This document shows, in pieces, positions 43,348 through 52,088 of a DNA stretch of 64,000 nt; position 1 is the first letter of the stretch, and each line of letters begins with the position of its first letter. The notes under the pieces are model-generated. The model saw only the letters and a program-made list of their open reading frames with translations. It searched no databases and was not told the origin of the DNA. The stretch is from Candidatus Poribacteria bacterium (lineage in GTDB: Bacteria > Poribacteria > WGA-4E > WGA-3G): NCBI GenBank assembly GCA_965214045.1, contig OZ243935.1:2578409-2642408 (forward strand). Direction: 5' to 3'. Made by a program: the position numbers and the translations under genes.

Positions 43348-44319
43348 ATGATTGAATCAATCCCATACCTTCCGCTTGGAAACTTCCCAACACCGGTGGA
43401 GCATCTTTCAAACCTTGAACGTGCTCTCGGTTTCAAGTCGCTCTGGATAAAAAGAGACGATCTCAGCGGTCCGTTAGGCGGCGGTAATAAAGTACGCAAA
43501 TTGGAGTATATGTTCGCAGCAGCACAGGGGACGCCCGATGGAGACGAGAAAAAGATGCTTTTTACGATTGGTCCAACAGGTTCCAACCACGTCCGAGCGA
43601 CAGCCGTTTATGGGAAGGCTTCGGGGTTTCGCGTGGAATGCTTGCTCTTTAAACAACCACCTACCGAATATTCCGAAGCAAACTATCGCATGATTTGTGA
43701 GAATGCCTACCGAGTCTACGAAGTGAAACGTATGCATACAATGTTCGCCCGTTACGCCTATGAGCAGACAAAAACGGTTCTTGGAATCGGGGAGGAACGC
43801 TACTTCATTCCAGCGGGGGGTTCTTCGCCCCTCGGTTCCGTCGGTTATGTGAAGGCGGTTTTAGAACTGAGATCTCAGATTGAGGCGGACATTTTGCCAG
43901 AGCCACGATTTATCTTTGTTCCGGTGGGTACCTGTGGGACCATAGCGGGTTTGATCGTCGGTGTGCGACTCGCCGGATTGCGAACCCAAATTGTTGGTGT
44001 ACGTGTCGCTGACGCAGTGGTAGCCAATTCGTGGACAATCTCCCGTATGGTGCGGCGTATCCTGGGTCTCATCGGGGCAGTGGACGCTCATGATATCAAT
44101 CCACGCCGTATTGAACTCTGGCATGGCGATTTTGGAAAAGGGTATGCCATCCCAACGGAAGCCGGTACCCGTGCGGTCGCGATGATGGCTGAGCATGAAA
44201 GTATTACACTTGAGAATACCTACACAGGCAAAACGTTAGCAGGGATGGCTCACTACATAAAAGAGCACGGATGTGAAGGCGAGCACGTCCTATTCTGGAA
44301 CACCTATGGTACAACGTAA
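43348..44319 (+). CDS. PLP-dependent ACC deaminase / D-cysteine desulfhydrase family protein
   Basis: LWIKRDDLSGPLGGGNKVRKLEY. Confidence 0.85.
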   Translation: MIESIPYLPLGNFPTPVEHLSNLERALGFKSLWIKRDDLSGPLGGGNKVRKLEYMFAAAQGTPDGDEKKMLFTIGPTGSNHVRATAVYGKASGFRVECLLFKQPPTEYSEANYRMICENAYRVYEVKRMHTMFARYAYEQTKTVLGIGEERYFIPAGGSSPLGSVGYVKAVLELRSQIEADILPEPRFIFVPVGTCGTIAGLIVGVRLAGLRTQIVGVRVADAVVANSWTISRMVRRILGLIGAVDAHDINPRRIELWHGDFGKGYAIPTEAGTRAVAMMAEHESITLENTYTGKTLAGMAHYIKEHGCEGEHVLFWNTYGTT

Positions 44320-44335
44320 TACAAAGGAAAAATGT

Positions 44336-45421
44336 ATGGAAAACGAGAACGGTAAACCCAAGTTTATTCAGTCTGGCAGGTCCGTCATCGACTGCGATCT
44401 CCACAATCGGCTCCCCTCACATCAGATGCTCTACCCGTACCTACCCGATTACTGGTGCGACTATTGCGAGGAATCCGGCTTTCCCGGACCCGATGCAGAC
44501 GACTATCCTGAGGGTGTCCCGACTTCATCACGCCCGGAAATTATACAGCCCTCAGAAAACCGTCCCGCGTCGGATTTGGCACTTCTGCGTCAACACGCCC
44601 TCGATTTCTGGGAAGTCGAATACGGCATACTCACTTGTGGGTATCGGGTCCAGAGCGTACACAACGAAGACTTCGCCGCGGCACTCGCTTCGGCAATCAA
44701 TGATTGGCAGATTGAGCATTGGCTGGATCCAGAACCCCGCTTACGCGGTTCCCTGATTGTACCGAGTCAAAACCCAGAACTCGCTGCGAAGGAAATTGAG
44801 CGTCTGGGTGGACATCCGGGGTTCGTACAGGTCATGCTACCCGCTCGGTCACAAACACCTTACGGCAACAGACGTTATCATCCGATCTACGCCGCCGCAG
44901 TACGGCATCAACTCGCAATCGGCATCCATTACGGCGGTGCACCTGGACTACCACCGACCTCCGTGGGATGGACCTCGACCTATTTGGAGGAGTACGTCGG
45001 TATGTCCCAAGTGTTTCAAGCGCAGGTCCTGAGTCTCGTATCAGAGGGAGTCTTTGAGGTGTTTCCCGACTTACGCGTTGTGCTCATAGAGACCGGTGTC
45101 ACCTGGATGCCATCACTCATGTGGCGATTCGATAAGGAGTGGCGCGGCTTACGACATCTGACCCCGTGGGTCAAACAGCCACCGTCAGCGTATATCCGTC
45201 AACATATTCGTATGACGCTCCAACCGATCGATGCGCCACCAACCGCCGCAGAACTCCTTCAGATTGTTGGTCAACTCGATTCCGAGGACATGTTGATGTT
45301 TTCGAGCGACTATCCGCATTGGCACTTCGACTCACCCGACGAAGCGTTCCCTTCGCAGTTACCCCAGTCATTAGCACGTAAGATCTTGTCCGAAAATGCA
45401 AGGGAATTCTATCACTTTTGA
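44336..45421 (+). CDS. amidohydrolase-2 family protein
   Basis: I prefer ATG 44336 (AAGGA SD), downstream of the previous gene's stop. Motifs DCDLHN and FSSDYPHWHFD. Paralogue of 47303..48379. Confidence 0.85.
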   Translation: MENENGKPKFIQSGRSVIDCDLHNRLPSHQMLYPYLPDYWCDYCEESGFPGPDADDYPEGVPTSSRPEIIQPSENRPASDLALLRQHALDFWEVEYGILTCGYRVQSVHNEDFAAALASAINDWQIEHWLDPEPRLRGSLIVPSQNPELAAKEIERLGGHPGFVQVMLPARSQTPYGNRRYHPIYAAAVRHQLAIGIHYGGAPGLPPTSVGWTSTYLEEYVGMSQVFQAQVLSLVSEGVFEVFPDLRVVLIETGVTWMPSLMWRFDKEWRGLRHLTPWVKQPPSAYIRQHIRMTLQPIDAPPTAAELLQIVGQLDSEDMLMFSSDYPHWHFDSPDEAFPSQLPQSLARKILSENAREFYHF

Positions 45422-45455
45422 AAACTGGATAGCCCTGACGAAACAGAAATTGAGT

Positions 45456-45484
45456 TTGACAACTCTCATACAATCTGTTATACT
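45456..45484 (+). promoter_or_regulatory. sigma-70 promoter TTGACA-17 nt-TATACT
   Basis: TTGACA at 45456-45461 and TATACT at 45479-45484, at the left edge of the A+T-richer islet. Confidence 0.6.
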
Positions 45485-45639
45485 TGCTTAGAATATGCAA
45501 ATTCAGTCTAAAGGTATACTCACCTATATTACGCCAAGCGGACAAGATCCGTACTGACAATAGTCCATACGTATTATACAGTAAAGCCGAAAAATATGTG
45601 AACATAGGAGATTTGAGAATCGCTTAGGAGATATTTAAA

Positions 45640-46014
45640 ATGAATCAGAGGTTTGAGAAAAGTCAAAAACTGGAGAAGTGGCTCAGATGGATGGAGACGA
45701 TTCATGACGAGATTCTCGCACTTGTTCAAGACGCAAAATGGATGGCACATTGGGATAAACGCAAGCCGACAGTTGTACCCACCTTTGAAGAGTTAGATGA
45801 CTGCATTAAATTGTTGGATCAGGTATATGTGAAGTACCACTTTCTGTTTCACGCTGAATCAATGGATACTTTGATACCGACTTATCAATACGAGTGGAAA
45901 AGCATTTTCTGTGAGCCTTGGTTAAAGGTCGGCTTTGGAAGTGCCAAAGGACTTATTCACGTCAGTGAAGATTTTGACGATAAACTTCCCGAATTCAAAG
46001 AGTATATGGAATGA
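45640..46014 (+). CDS. putative antitoxin with DUF2281-type C-terminal toxin-binding tail
   Basis: TAGGAGA SD. The C-terminus FGSAKGLIHVSEDFDDKLPEFKEYME matches the DUF2281 tail that partners PIN toxins. The N-terminal ~100 aa are unassigned. Confidence 0.55.
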   Translation: MNQRFEKSQKLEKWLRWMETIHDEILALVQDAKWMAHWDKRKPTVVPTFEELDDCIKLLDQVYVKYHFLFHAESMDTLIPTYQYEWKSIFCEPWLKVGFGSAKGLIHVSEDFDDKLPEFKEYME

Positions 46015-46175
46015 AATATCTCTTGGACACACATACACTGCTTTGGTTTCTTCAGGGTGACAAAAAACTCAGCGACAAAGCGCGGCAGTTAAGTGTCAAC
46101 CGTAAAGCGATTTCGTTTTCATTTGATGTTGAGGAACTTGGCAAGGAATGTCAAGGAATGGCTTCGTGGCGGTAG
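46011..46175 (+). pseudogene. vapC: truncated PIN-domain (VapC-type) toxin, N-terminal ~30 residues only
   Basis: ATGA overlap with the antitoxin. MKYLLDTHTLLWFLQGDKKLSDKARQL is a textbook PIN N-terminus. Similarity is then lost and the ORF stops after 54 codons (full length would be ~130). Confidence 0.6.
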
Positions 46176-46231
46176 GCAGTGGAAGCGTTTTTAGTAAACC
46201 CAATTTTTTGAAAGGAATGATTTGTTAAGCA

Positions 46232-47275
46232 ATGACACTCAAGGAACACATTGATGACATACGCAAAGGTTTAGAAACAGGTCAGTATGGAAATGAGGCC
46301 GCAGTTTCGCTGGGTATTTTGCTGAGGCTCCTCGGTGCCTTGGGTTGGCCTACGTACGATACACAAGTTGTGATCCCTGAATACGGAGTGAAAGGAACGA
46401 GAGTAGACTTTGCCTTGTGTCATCCACCATCAAAACCGTGCGTCTTCATTGAAGTCAAAAAAGTTGGAAACATTGACGGAGCGGAGCAACAACTCTTTGA
46501 ATACGCCTTTCATGAAGGGGTACCAATCGCTATTCTCACTGATGGCCGGAAATGGCGATTTTTTCACCCAACCGCACAAGGAAATTATGGAGAACGTAAG
46601 GTATGTGAACTGAACCTGAGCGAAGGCAATAGTGAAGAAAATACTAAATGCTTTAAGAGATACTTGAACTATGAAGCAATACAGACGGGTGAAGCTATTG
46701 AAGCAGTCAAGGCGGATTATGAGAAGGTCGTTCAGCAAAGACAGGTTGCAACACGGTTACCGGAAGCATGGAGTAAGTTAGTAGAGGAAGCAGATGAGTT
46801 TTTGTTACATGCCGTCGCAGAGAAAACTGAAAGTCTGTGCGGATATAAACCAACCGATGAACAGGTATTAGATTTCCTGAAGGACTTAGAAAGGAAAACT
46901 GAACTGGACCGGCGAGGACCCTCCTCTCCATCTGGGCAACCGACACAATCGCGTGCACGTGGGACACAGAATACACCGCAGAAACGACTTGTGGTTACTA
47001 TGTCCAATGGAGAAGTAATTGATCATAACACTGCAGCAACTACCTTTGCTGAAGTTATTGAAAAATTAGGAATAGAACGGGTGAGAGATCTCAAACATAA
47101 AGTAGGTCGCCTTCCTCTCATATCAACCTCTAAGGACCCCATACTCGGTCAACGCAAGTCCGGGCGATATTACATAATGACTAACACCAATACGAAAAAG
47201 AAAAAAGCAATCCTTGAAAAAATTGCTTCAGAACTGGATGAGCGGCTGAAAGTAGAAATTGTTGAGAAATCCTGA
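46232..47275 (+). CDS. PD-(D/E)xK nuclease-fold protein (type I restriction enzyme HsdR N-terminal-like domain) with unassigned C-terminal half
   Basis: NEAAVSLGILLRLLGALGWP...TRVDFAL...VFIEVKKVG...QLFEYAFHEGVPIAILTDGRKWRFF contains the D...E.K core. Confidence 0.65.
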   Translation: MTLKEHIDDIRKGLETGQYGNEAAVSLGILLRLLGALGWPTYDTQVVIPEYGVKGTRVDFALCHPPSKPCVFIEVKKVGNIDGAEQQLFEYAFHEGVPIAILTDGRKWRFFHPTAQGNYGERKVCELNLSEGNSEENTKCFKRYLNYEAIQTGEAIEAVKADYEKVVQQRQVATRLPEAWSKLVEEADEFLLHAVAEKTESLCGYKPTDEQVLDFLKDLERKTELDRRGPSSPSGQPTQSRARGTQNTPQKRLVVTMSNGEVIDHNTAATTFAEVIEKLGIERVRDLKHKVGRLPLISTSKDPILGQRKSGRYYIMTNTNTKKKKAILEKIASELDERLKVEIVEKS

Positions 47276-47302
47276 TTATCAGAGATTGTAGAGGGCACAA
47301 CG

Positions 47303-48379
47303 ATGATGAAAACAAAGATACCCAAACAACAAAAACCATCAGTGATCGATTGTGATGTACATAACACGCTCGCTTCCGAGACGGTGTTATACCCCTATCT
47401 CTCCGAACGGTGGCGCAAGCATCACAGTAGGGTCGGAACAACCGACCGAGTCGGCGCATATATCCCACGCGCCCACCCCTTCGGTGCGAGATACGATGCG
47501 TGGACACCCTCCGGACATCGCCCCGGCTCCGATCTTGATTTCCTACGTGAGCAACTACTGGACGCATTCAACATCGAATACGGTGTCCTCAACTGCTTGA
47601 CCCCGGTCTGTGAGATGCCTAATCTTGCATTCGCCGCGGCGTGGGCAAGTGCCGTGAACGACTGGCAAATCGAAGAGTGGCTTGAAAAAGAACCGAGACT
47701 CCGCGCCTCAATCATCGTCGCATGCGACGACGCAGAGTTCGCCACCGCTGAGATCAATAGAGTGGCAAACCATCCGGGGTTTGTGCAAATACTGCTGCTC
47801 GCTCGCACGATGGAACCTTTAGGACGACGTAGATACTGGAAGATGTATGAAGCGGCAGTCGAGCATGACCTCCCGATCGGCATCCACTTCACCGGTGTTG
47901 GTGTCGGACCGATTACCGCTGTCGGTAGACCCTCGCACTACATCGAGGATCACGCAGGAATGACACAGGCGTTTCAGACCCAAGTAACCAGTCTCGTCTG
48001 TGAGGGAGTCTTTGAACAATTCCCAACACTTAAGGTAGCTCTCATTGAGGGCGGTTTCGCTTGGCTACCCCCGTTGATGTGGCGACTGGACCGGGCATGG
48101 AAAAAACTACACGATGAGGTGCCTGAGTTGAAACGATTGCCTTCTGAGTATATCCGGGAACACTTCTGGGTTACAACGCAGCCGATTGAAGAACCACCCA
48201 AACAGGAATACTTTGATCAACTGCTCGCGCAACTCGACTCCGATGATAAGTTGATGTTCGCAACCGACTATCCGCACTGGGACTTCGATTCCCCGGATCA
48301 GGCACTTCCGAAAAACCTCTCGCCAACGCTCAAACGCAAAATCATGGCGGAAAACGCTCGCGCCTTCTATCAATTTTAG
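47303..48379 (+). CDS. amidohydrolase-2 family protein
   Basis: Motifs DCDVHN and FATDYPHWDFD. Confidence 0.85.
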   Translation: MMKTKIPKQQKPSVIDCDVHNTLASETVLYPYLSERWRKHHSRVGTTDRVGAYIPRAHPFGARYDAWTPSGHRPGSDLDFLREQLLDAFNIEYGVLNCLTPVCEMPNLAFAAAWASAVNDWQIEEWLEKEPRLRASIIVACDDAEFATAEINRVANHPGFVQILLLARTMEPLGRRRYWKMYEAAVEHDLPIGIHFTGVGVGPITAVGRPSHYIEDHAGMTQAFQTQVTSLVCEGVFEQFPTLKVALIEGGFAWLPPLMWRLDRAWKKLHDEVPELKRLPSEYIREHFWVTTQPIEEPPKQEYFDQLLAQLDSDDKLMFATDYPHWDFDSPDQALPKNLSPTLKRKIMAENARAFYQF

Positions 48380-48392
48380 GCGTGGAGAACTG

Positions 48393-49208
48393 TCAGATTG
48401 TCACGACGTGTGGGACTTCCTCAAACTGCAAATTATGGTCTGTTGCCCACTGCGACGCGGCACCCCCGCCGCCACCGAGAAATTGCTTGCCAAGGTCATC
48501 GAGATTTTCCATCACCTTCTCCTCAGGTTGCAGTGTGTCGTTGTAATACAGCAGATAATGCTCCGGCTTCAGCCATGCGTAGTGATATCCGTAGATAACG
48601 ACTTTAGCGACATTCTCTGTAAAGTTGACACCCGCGGTGTGATAGATACGGTTTTCAAAGAAAAACGCGTCGCCTGCCCGCAAGACAGGTTCATCATAAG
48701 GTTCAACCGGATCTATTTTGCCTTCAGGGATACCCAGCGGTTCACCCGATACATGGCTTTTTGGAACAAACAGCGTCCCACCGGAATTCGGCACGGTGAA
48801 ATCCGTCAAGCAGTACCCGACTTTCAAGCCGACGCGTGGGCAATCCTTGTGTCCGAGATCTAAAAATACACCCGCATCTCGATGCCATCCACGGCTTTCC
48901 AGTTTCTCAGGCGGTTGCGGATGTTTGTAGATGAGCGCAGTATTCGTGATATGGAGATTTGTGCCAAGCAGTTGGATAACCAACGGAATCGCTTTTGTCT
49001 GCGATGTGAGTTCCGCGAAGACAGCCTCCTGCACCAAACCGTCCCGCTTATGGGCATAGTAGCCGTTGTATTCAAACGAATCCATGATCCGGTCCCCTGC
49101 CTCGGTCAAACGGTCTATCATGTCGCTGTCAAGGACCGACCGCACGATGAAGTATCCGTTCTCCTCAAATTCCTCACGTTGTGCGTCTGTCAACTGGACG
49201 AATTCCAT
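48393..49208 (-). CDS. phytanoyl-CoA dioxygenase (PhyH) family protein
   Basis: MEFVQLTDAQREEFEENGYFIVRSVL... Paralogue of 39407..40255. Confidence 0.85.
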   Translation of the reverse strand: MEFVQLTDAQREEFEENGYFIVRSVLDSDMIDRLTEAGDRIMDSFEYNGYYAHKRDGLVQEAVFAELTSQTKAIPLVIQLLGTNLHITNTALIYKHPQPPEKLESRGWHRDAGVFLDLGHKDCPRVGLKVGYCLTDFTVPNSGGTLFVPKSHVSGEPLGIPEGKIDPVEPYDEPVLRAGDAFFFENRIYHTAGVNFTENVAKVVIYGYHYAWLKPEHYLLYYNDTLQPEEKVMENLDDLGKQFLGGGGGAASQWATDHNLQFEEVPHVVTI

Positions 49209-49298
49209 TTTTTAATTATTCCTTGCGGTTCGGTCAGGGTGGATTGGATAAATAACATTCTTTTTCGTATATCCGCCTGCACTGTTGTTGCAGGCTAT
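49209..49298 (-). promoter_or_regulatory. Box B + Box A leader module (copy 5)
   Basis: Minus-strand reading ATAGCCTGCAACAACAGTGCAGGCGGATATACGAAAAAGAATGTTA ... CTGACCGAACCGCAAGGAATAATTAAAAA followed by ATG. Confidence 0.6.
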
Positions 49299-49471
49299 GT
49301 TCTTCCTTTGAAGTCCCGTAGACGAATATTTGTGTAGAATCGTTGTGAATAGGAATGTCTGAATATGGTATCATAAATTAAAACGACTGTCTACTGATAT
49401 CCTTCTTCTGTAGGAGCGAACTCTGCTCGCGATGCCTGCTGACAGTTGGACTTTCAAGGAAAAAGAAAAAC

Positions 49472-49846
49472 ATAATTCACGTTACACATCTCACAAAAAA
49501 ATATGGGCGGGCCACAGCAGTTGACGACATCAATTTTGAAGTACGACAAGGTGAAATCGTCGGCTATCTCGGTCCCAATGGAGCGGGAAAAAGCACCACC
49601 CTTAAAATGCTCGTTGGCTTGCTTCAACAGCCTCGATCCGGATTACCGCTCTCTGAAGAATTTATCCAGAAACAGATGGCTTCGAAATCTTGGATCCCTC
49701 TTTTATGTAGTGGACTTGTTGTTATCGTCTTTGTAGGGGCATTATTTTTCGCGTACCTGCTGAATATATGGGTCTATTTCGGAGTCTACTGCGTCATGGT
49801 TATAGGTGGATTTATCGGTTTTACCTGTTTTTGGGCGAGAAAATGA
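49472..49846 (+). pseudogene. ABC-transporter ATP-binding protein remnant (N-terminal ~57 residues incl. Walker A) fused to unrelated hydrophobic tail; no ATG
   Basis: The frame upstream of ORF 49607 reads IIHVTHLTKKYGRATAVDDINFEVRQGEIVGYLGPNGAGKSTTLKMLVGLLQQPRSG, after which similarity stops. No canonical start codon is present. Confidence 0.6.
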
Positions 49847-49978
49847 AGCGCGTATAGGAGAACAAAATGGCAACTCAATCCTCAAGGGAATAGTCGGTTT
49901 TGGAATCTCAATGCTTTAGCGTTGGGAGGAAAAACCGCTCTCGTATGTGAGTCCATAGCGTTTTTTTTCAAAAAACAC

Positions 49979-50007
49979 TTGACATTTTTAGCAAATTATG
50001 GTTTAAT
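49979..50007 (+). promoter_or_regulatory. sigma-70 promoter TTGACA-17 nt-TTTAAT upstream of the tnpB remnant
   Basis: TTGACA at 49979-49984 and TTTAAT at 50002-50007. Confidence 0.5.
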
Positions 50008-50021
50008 AGATGTATCGTGTT

Positions 50022-50074
50022 GGCAGACATTTCCAGCGTTACCGCTTGGTAACGTGTCTGCCTCCCACTGGAAA
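50022..50074 (+). other. nested/alternative hairpins, IS200/IS605 left-end-like structured region
   Basis: Pairs GGCAGACA/TGTCTGCC, CGTTACC/GGTAACG and TTTCCAG/CTGGAAA. Confidence 0.4.
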
Positions 50075-50103
50075 GCGGATAAACGCACGATACACGATAC
50101 ACC

Positions 50104-50778
50104 ATGAGATTAACCTTTAAGTATCCTGTGTATCCGACACAGGCAGAAGAAAGAATATTAGAAAAGTGGTTGGGACACCTTTGCGACCTTCAGAACTCGG
50201 CTCGCCACGATAGACTCGTTGCGTATGAGACGGAAGGTACTTTTGTGTCGCTCTCTGACCAGCAAACCCTTCTCAGGGTCGCGCGCGAGACGTATAACGA
50301 CTTCCGTGAAGTTCCCCAAGATTTTCAAAACCATGCGCTCCGCAGAAACGATAAAGCGTTTACTGCCTTCCGTAAACGTTGTAAAGAAAACGCTGTAAAA
50401 AAAGGGTATCGTCGCTATAAAAAGCGTGTGCGTTCTCTGACGTGGAGTCTTCGCAAATATACCAAAGTCGTTGGTAAAAAGACCAAAGACACTGAAAAAC
50501 AGACGATACGCGTTCGTGAGAACCCAATCATAGAAACCGATTTTAGACACAATCGCTTAAGCGTTGGGTTACCGACCTCTATGAAGCGAGAAACAAGAAC
50601 GAAGCACGAGACACGGGAAACCTACAAAACGCAAAACAGTTATTGCTTTTTGCTACAGGAACAAGTCTTTAGGCTTGGGTACATTGACAAATCGAGTGGA
50701 CAGAATCTACATGGAATCCTGTACGCGGTTGCACCCGTGTTTCAGAGGGCTGTCGGTTCTGTTACGCCGAACGGATAG
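50104..50778 (+). pseudogene. tnpB: truncated IS200/IS605-family TnpB (OrfB) N-terminal region; no RuvC part
   Basis: MRLTFKYPVYPTQAEERILEKWLGHLCDLQNSARHDRL...FREVPQDFQNHALRRNDKAFTAFRKR resembles TnpB N-termini up to about residue 150. The last ~30 codons of the ORF are an out-of-frame reading of the next gene. Confidence 0.55.
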
Positions 50779-51410
50779 CGGCACGATTTTCAGGCAAAGG
50801 TTTGGCTTACGAAGGCTTGGCTGAGAATACCAAAGCAGGACCACGGTGGACGAATGAAGTACGTCTTGTCCCAGAACTGCTTAACGAACCACTGAAATGG
50901 AAAAAACCACGTCGAATCTTTGTCAACTCCATGAGCAACCTGTTTCATGAAAAGATCGAATTGTCCTACATTCAAAAGGTTTTCGATGTCATGAAAAGAG
51001 CCGAAAAACACCAATTTCAGGTCTTGACGAAGCGATCCGAGCGACTGCTGGAATTCAGCCCGAAGTTACCATGGTCTCCGAATGTCTGGATGGGAGTTAG
51101 TGTTGAGGACAATCGAGTGACCCATCGGATTAATGCGCTCAGACAAACCGGCGCGCAGATCAAATTTCTCTCACTCGAACCGCTGCTTGGCGCGCTTCCA
51201 AATTTAATGTTAGATGGAATAGGTTGGGTTATCGTGGGTGGTGAATCCGGTCCCGGCGCACGCGAGATAAAGGAAAAATGGGTGATTGATATCCGTGACC
51301 AGTGTGCGGATGCAAAAGTGCCGTTTTTCTTTAAGCAGTGGGGAGGCAAACGCAAATCGAAGACAGGACGTGATTTGGACGGACAGACTTATGATGAGAT
51401 GCCGGTTTGA
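50688..51410 (+). CDS. phage Gp37/Gp68 family (DUF5131) protein with three-Cys motif; start codon unresolved
   Basis: The ORF track starts at 50802, but the frame is open from 50688. It reads QIEWTESTWNPVRGCTRVSEGCRFCYAERIAARF, the canonical family N-terminus. Later motifs: FVNSMSNLFHE, FLSLEPLLG, VIVGGESGPGAR, FFFKQWGG. Confidence 0.7.
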   Translation, partial: QIEWTESTWNPVRGCTRVSEGCRFCYAERIAARFSGKGLAYEGLAENTKAGPRWTNEVRLVPELLNEPLKWKKPRRIFVNSMSNLFHEKIELSYIQKVFDVMKRAEKHQFQVLTKRSERLLEFSPKLPWSPNVWMGVSVEDNRVTHRINALRQTGAQIKFLSLEPLLGALPNLMLDGIGWVIVGGESGPGAREIKEKWVIDIRDQCADAKVPFFFKQWGGKRKSKTGRDLDGQTYDEMPV

Positions 51411-51446
51411 ATCTCTCGCGACTTCCGGCATCTTAGAACTGTAATC

Positions 51447-51884
51447 TCAAACCCTTGGCAAATCGTCTGCGAGCAAAGCCGCGGATATGGATTTTTTCGC
51501 TGATTCTTGTTCAGGCCGTTCGATATGGTAATAACGGAACCACTCTCTAAAATCTTCATCAAGAAAATTTCCATCATACTCTTCCTTGAACCCGTCATGG
51601 CATTCTTCCATATAGACGCGTAGATAACTACTGGCGCGTTCAAGTGCTTTCCAATCAAAGATATTTGAAGGCATCTCAACAATACCACCCTCGAGCATAT
51701 TACTTCGCATCTTCAAGTAGTAAGAATACCGAGTGCTCATTATAAGATTAATGAGTTTGTCTAACATTTTTGAAGGAATCTGTACGATTTTACCGTTCAA
51801 TAAACTGCGCCGAATGCCGATCTCCTTATCCAGATCTCGATTAAGCATGAATCCAACGATAACATCAAAGATTTTGTCTAACAT
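51447..51884 (-). CDS. hypothetical protein (A+T-rich gene, no family recognised)
   Basis: ORF 51447..51977. I prefer the ATG at 51884 (MLDKIFDVIVGF...). There is an internal repeat of MLDK(I/L). Confidence 0.45.
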   Translation of the reverse strand: MLDKIFDVIVGFMLNRDLDKEIGIRRSLLNGKIVQIPSKMLDKLINLIMSTRYSYYLKMRSNMLEGGIVEMPSNIFDWKALERASSYLRVYMEECHDGFKEEYDGNFLDEDFREWFRYYHIERPEQESAKKSISAALLADDLPRV

Positions 51885-52022
51885 TTTATATGTGTCCTTT
51901 ACGATATAACAGATTGTAAACGGAATACCCACTCGGGTTTGGTTCGCGTTTATTTGTTGCAAAATTAATGCTAACATTAATGTGCAAAAGCGTCAAGCAA
52001 AAAAATTAAATCCATTCAGCAA

Positions 52023-52053
52023 CCTGACCGAACCGCAAGGTAAAATTAAAAAA
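52023..52053 (+). promoter_or_regulatory. Box B copy upstream of the ZIP transporter
   Basis: CCTGACCGAACCGCAAGGTAAAATTAAAAA followed by TTG 52054, which opens a 21-codon ORF overlapping the ZIP ATG (52089). Confidence 0.5.
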
Positions 52054-52088
52054 TTGCATTACAATCCAAATTCTGGTATAGTTATACT

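Noticed and set aside
50560-50778. C-terminal third of ORF 50104..50778 as part of TnpB
   Set aside because: TnpB-like similarity ends near residue 150. The last ~30 codons are the +1 reading of the Gp37/Gp68 gene N-terminus, and no RuvC or zinc-finger motifs are present.
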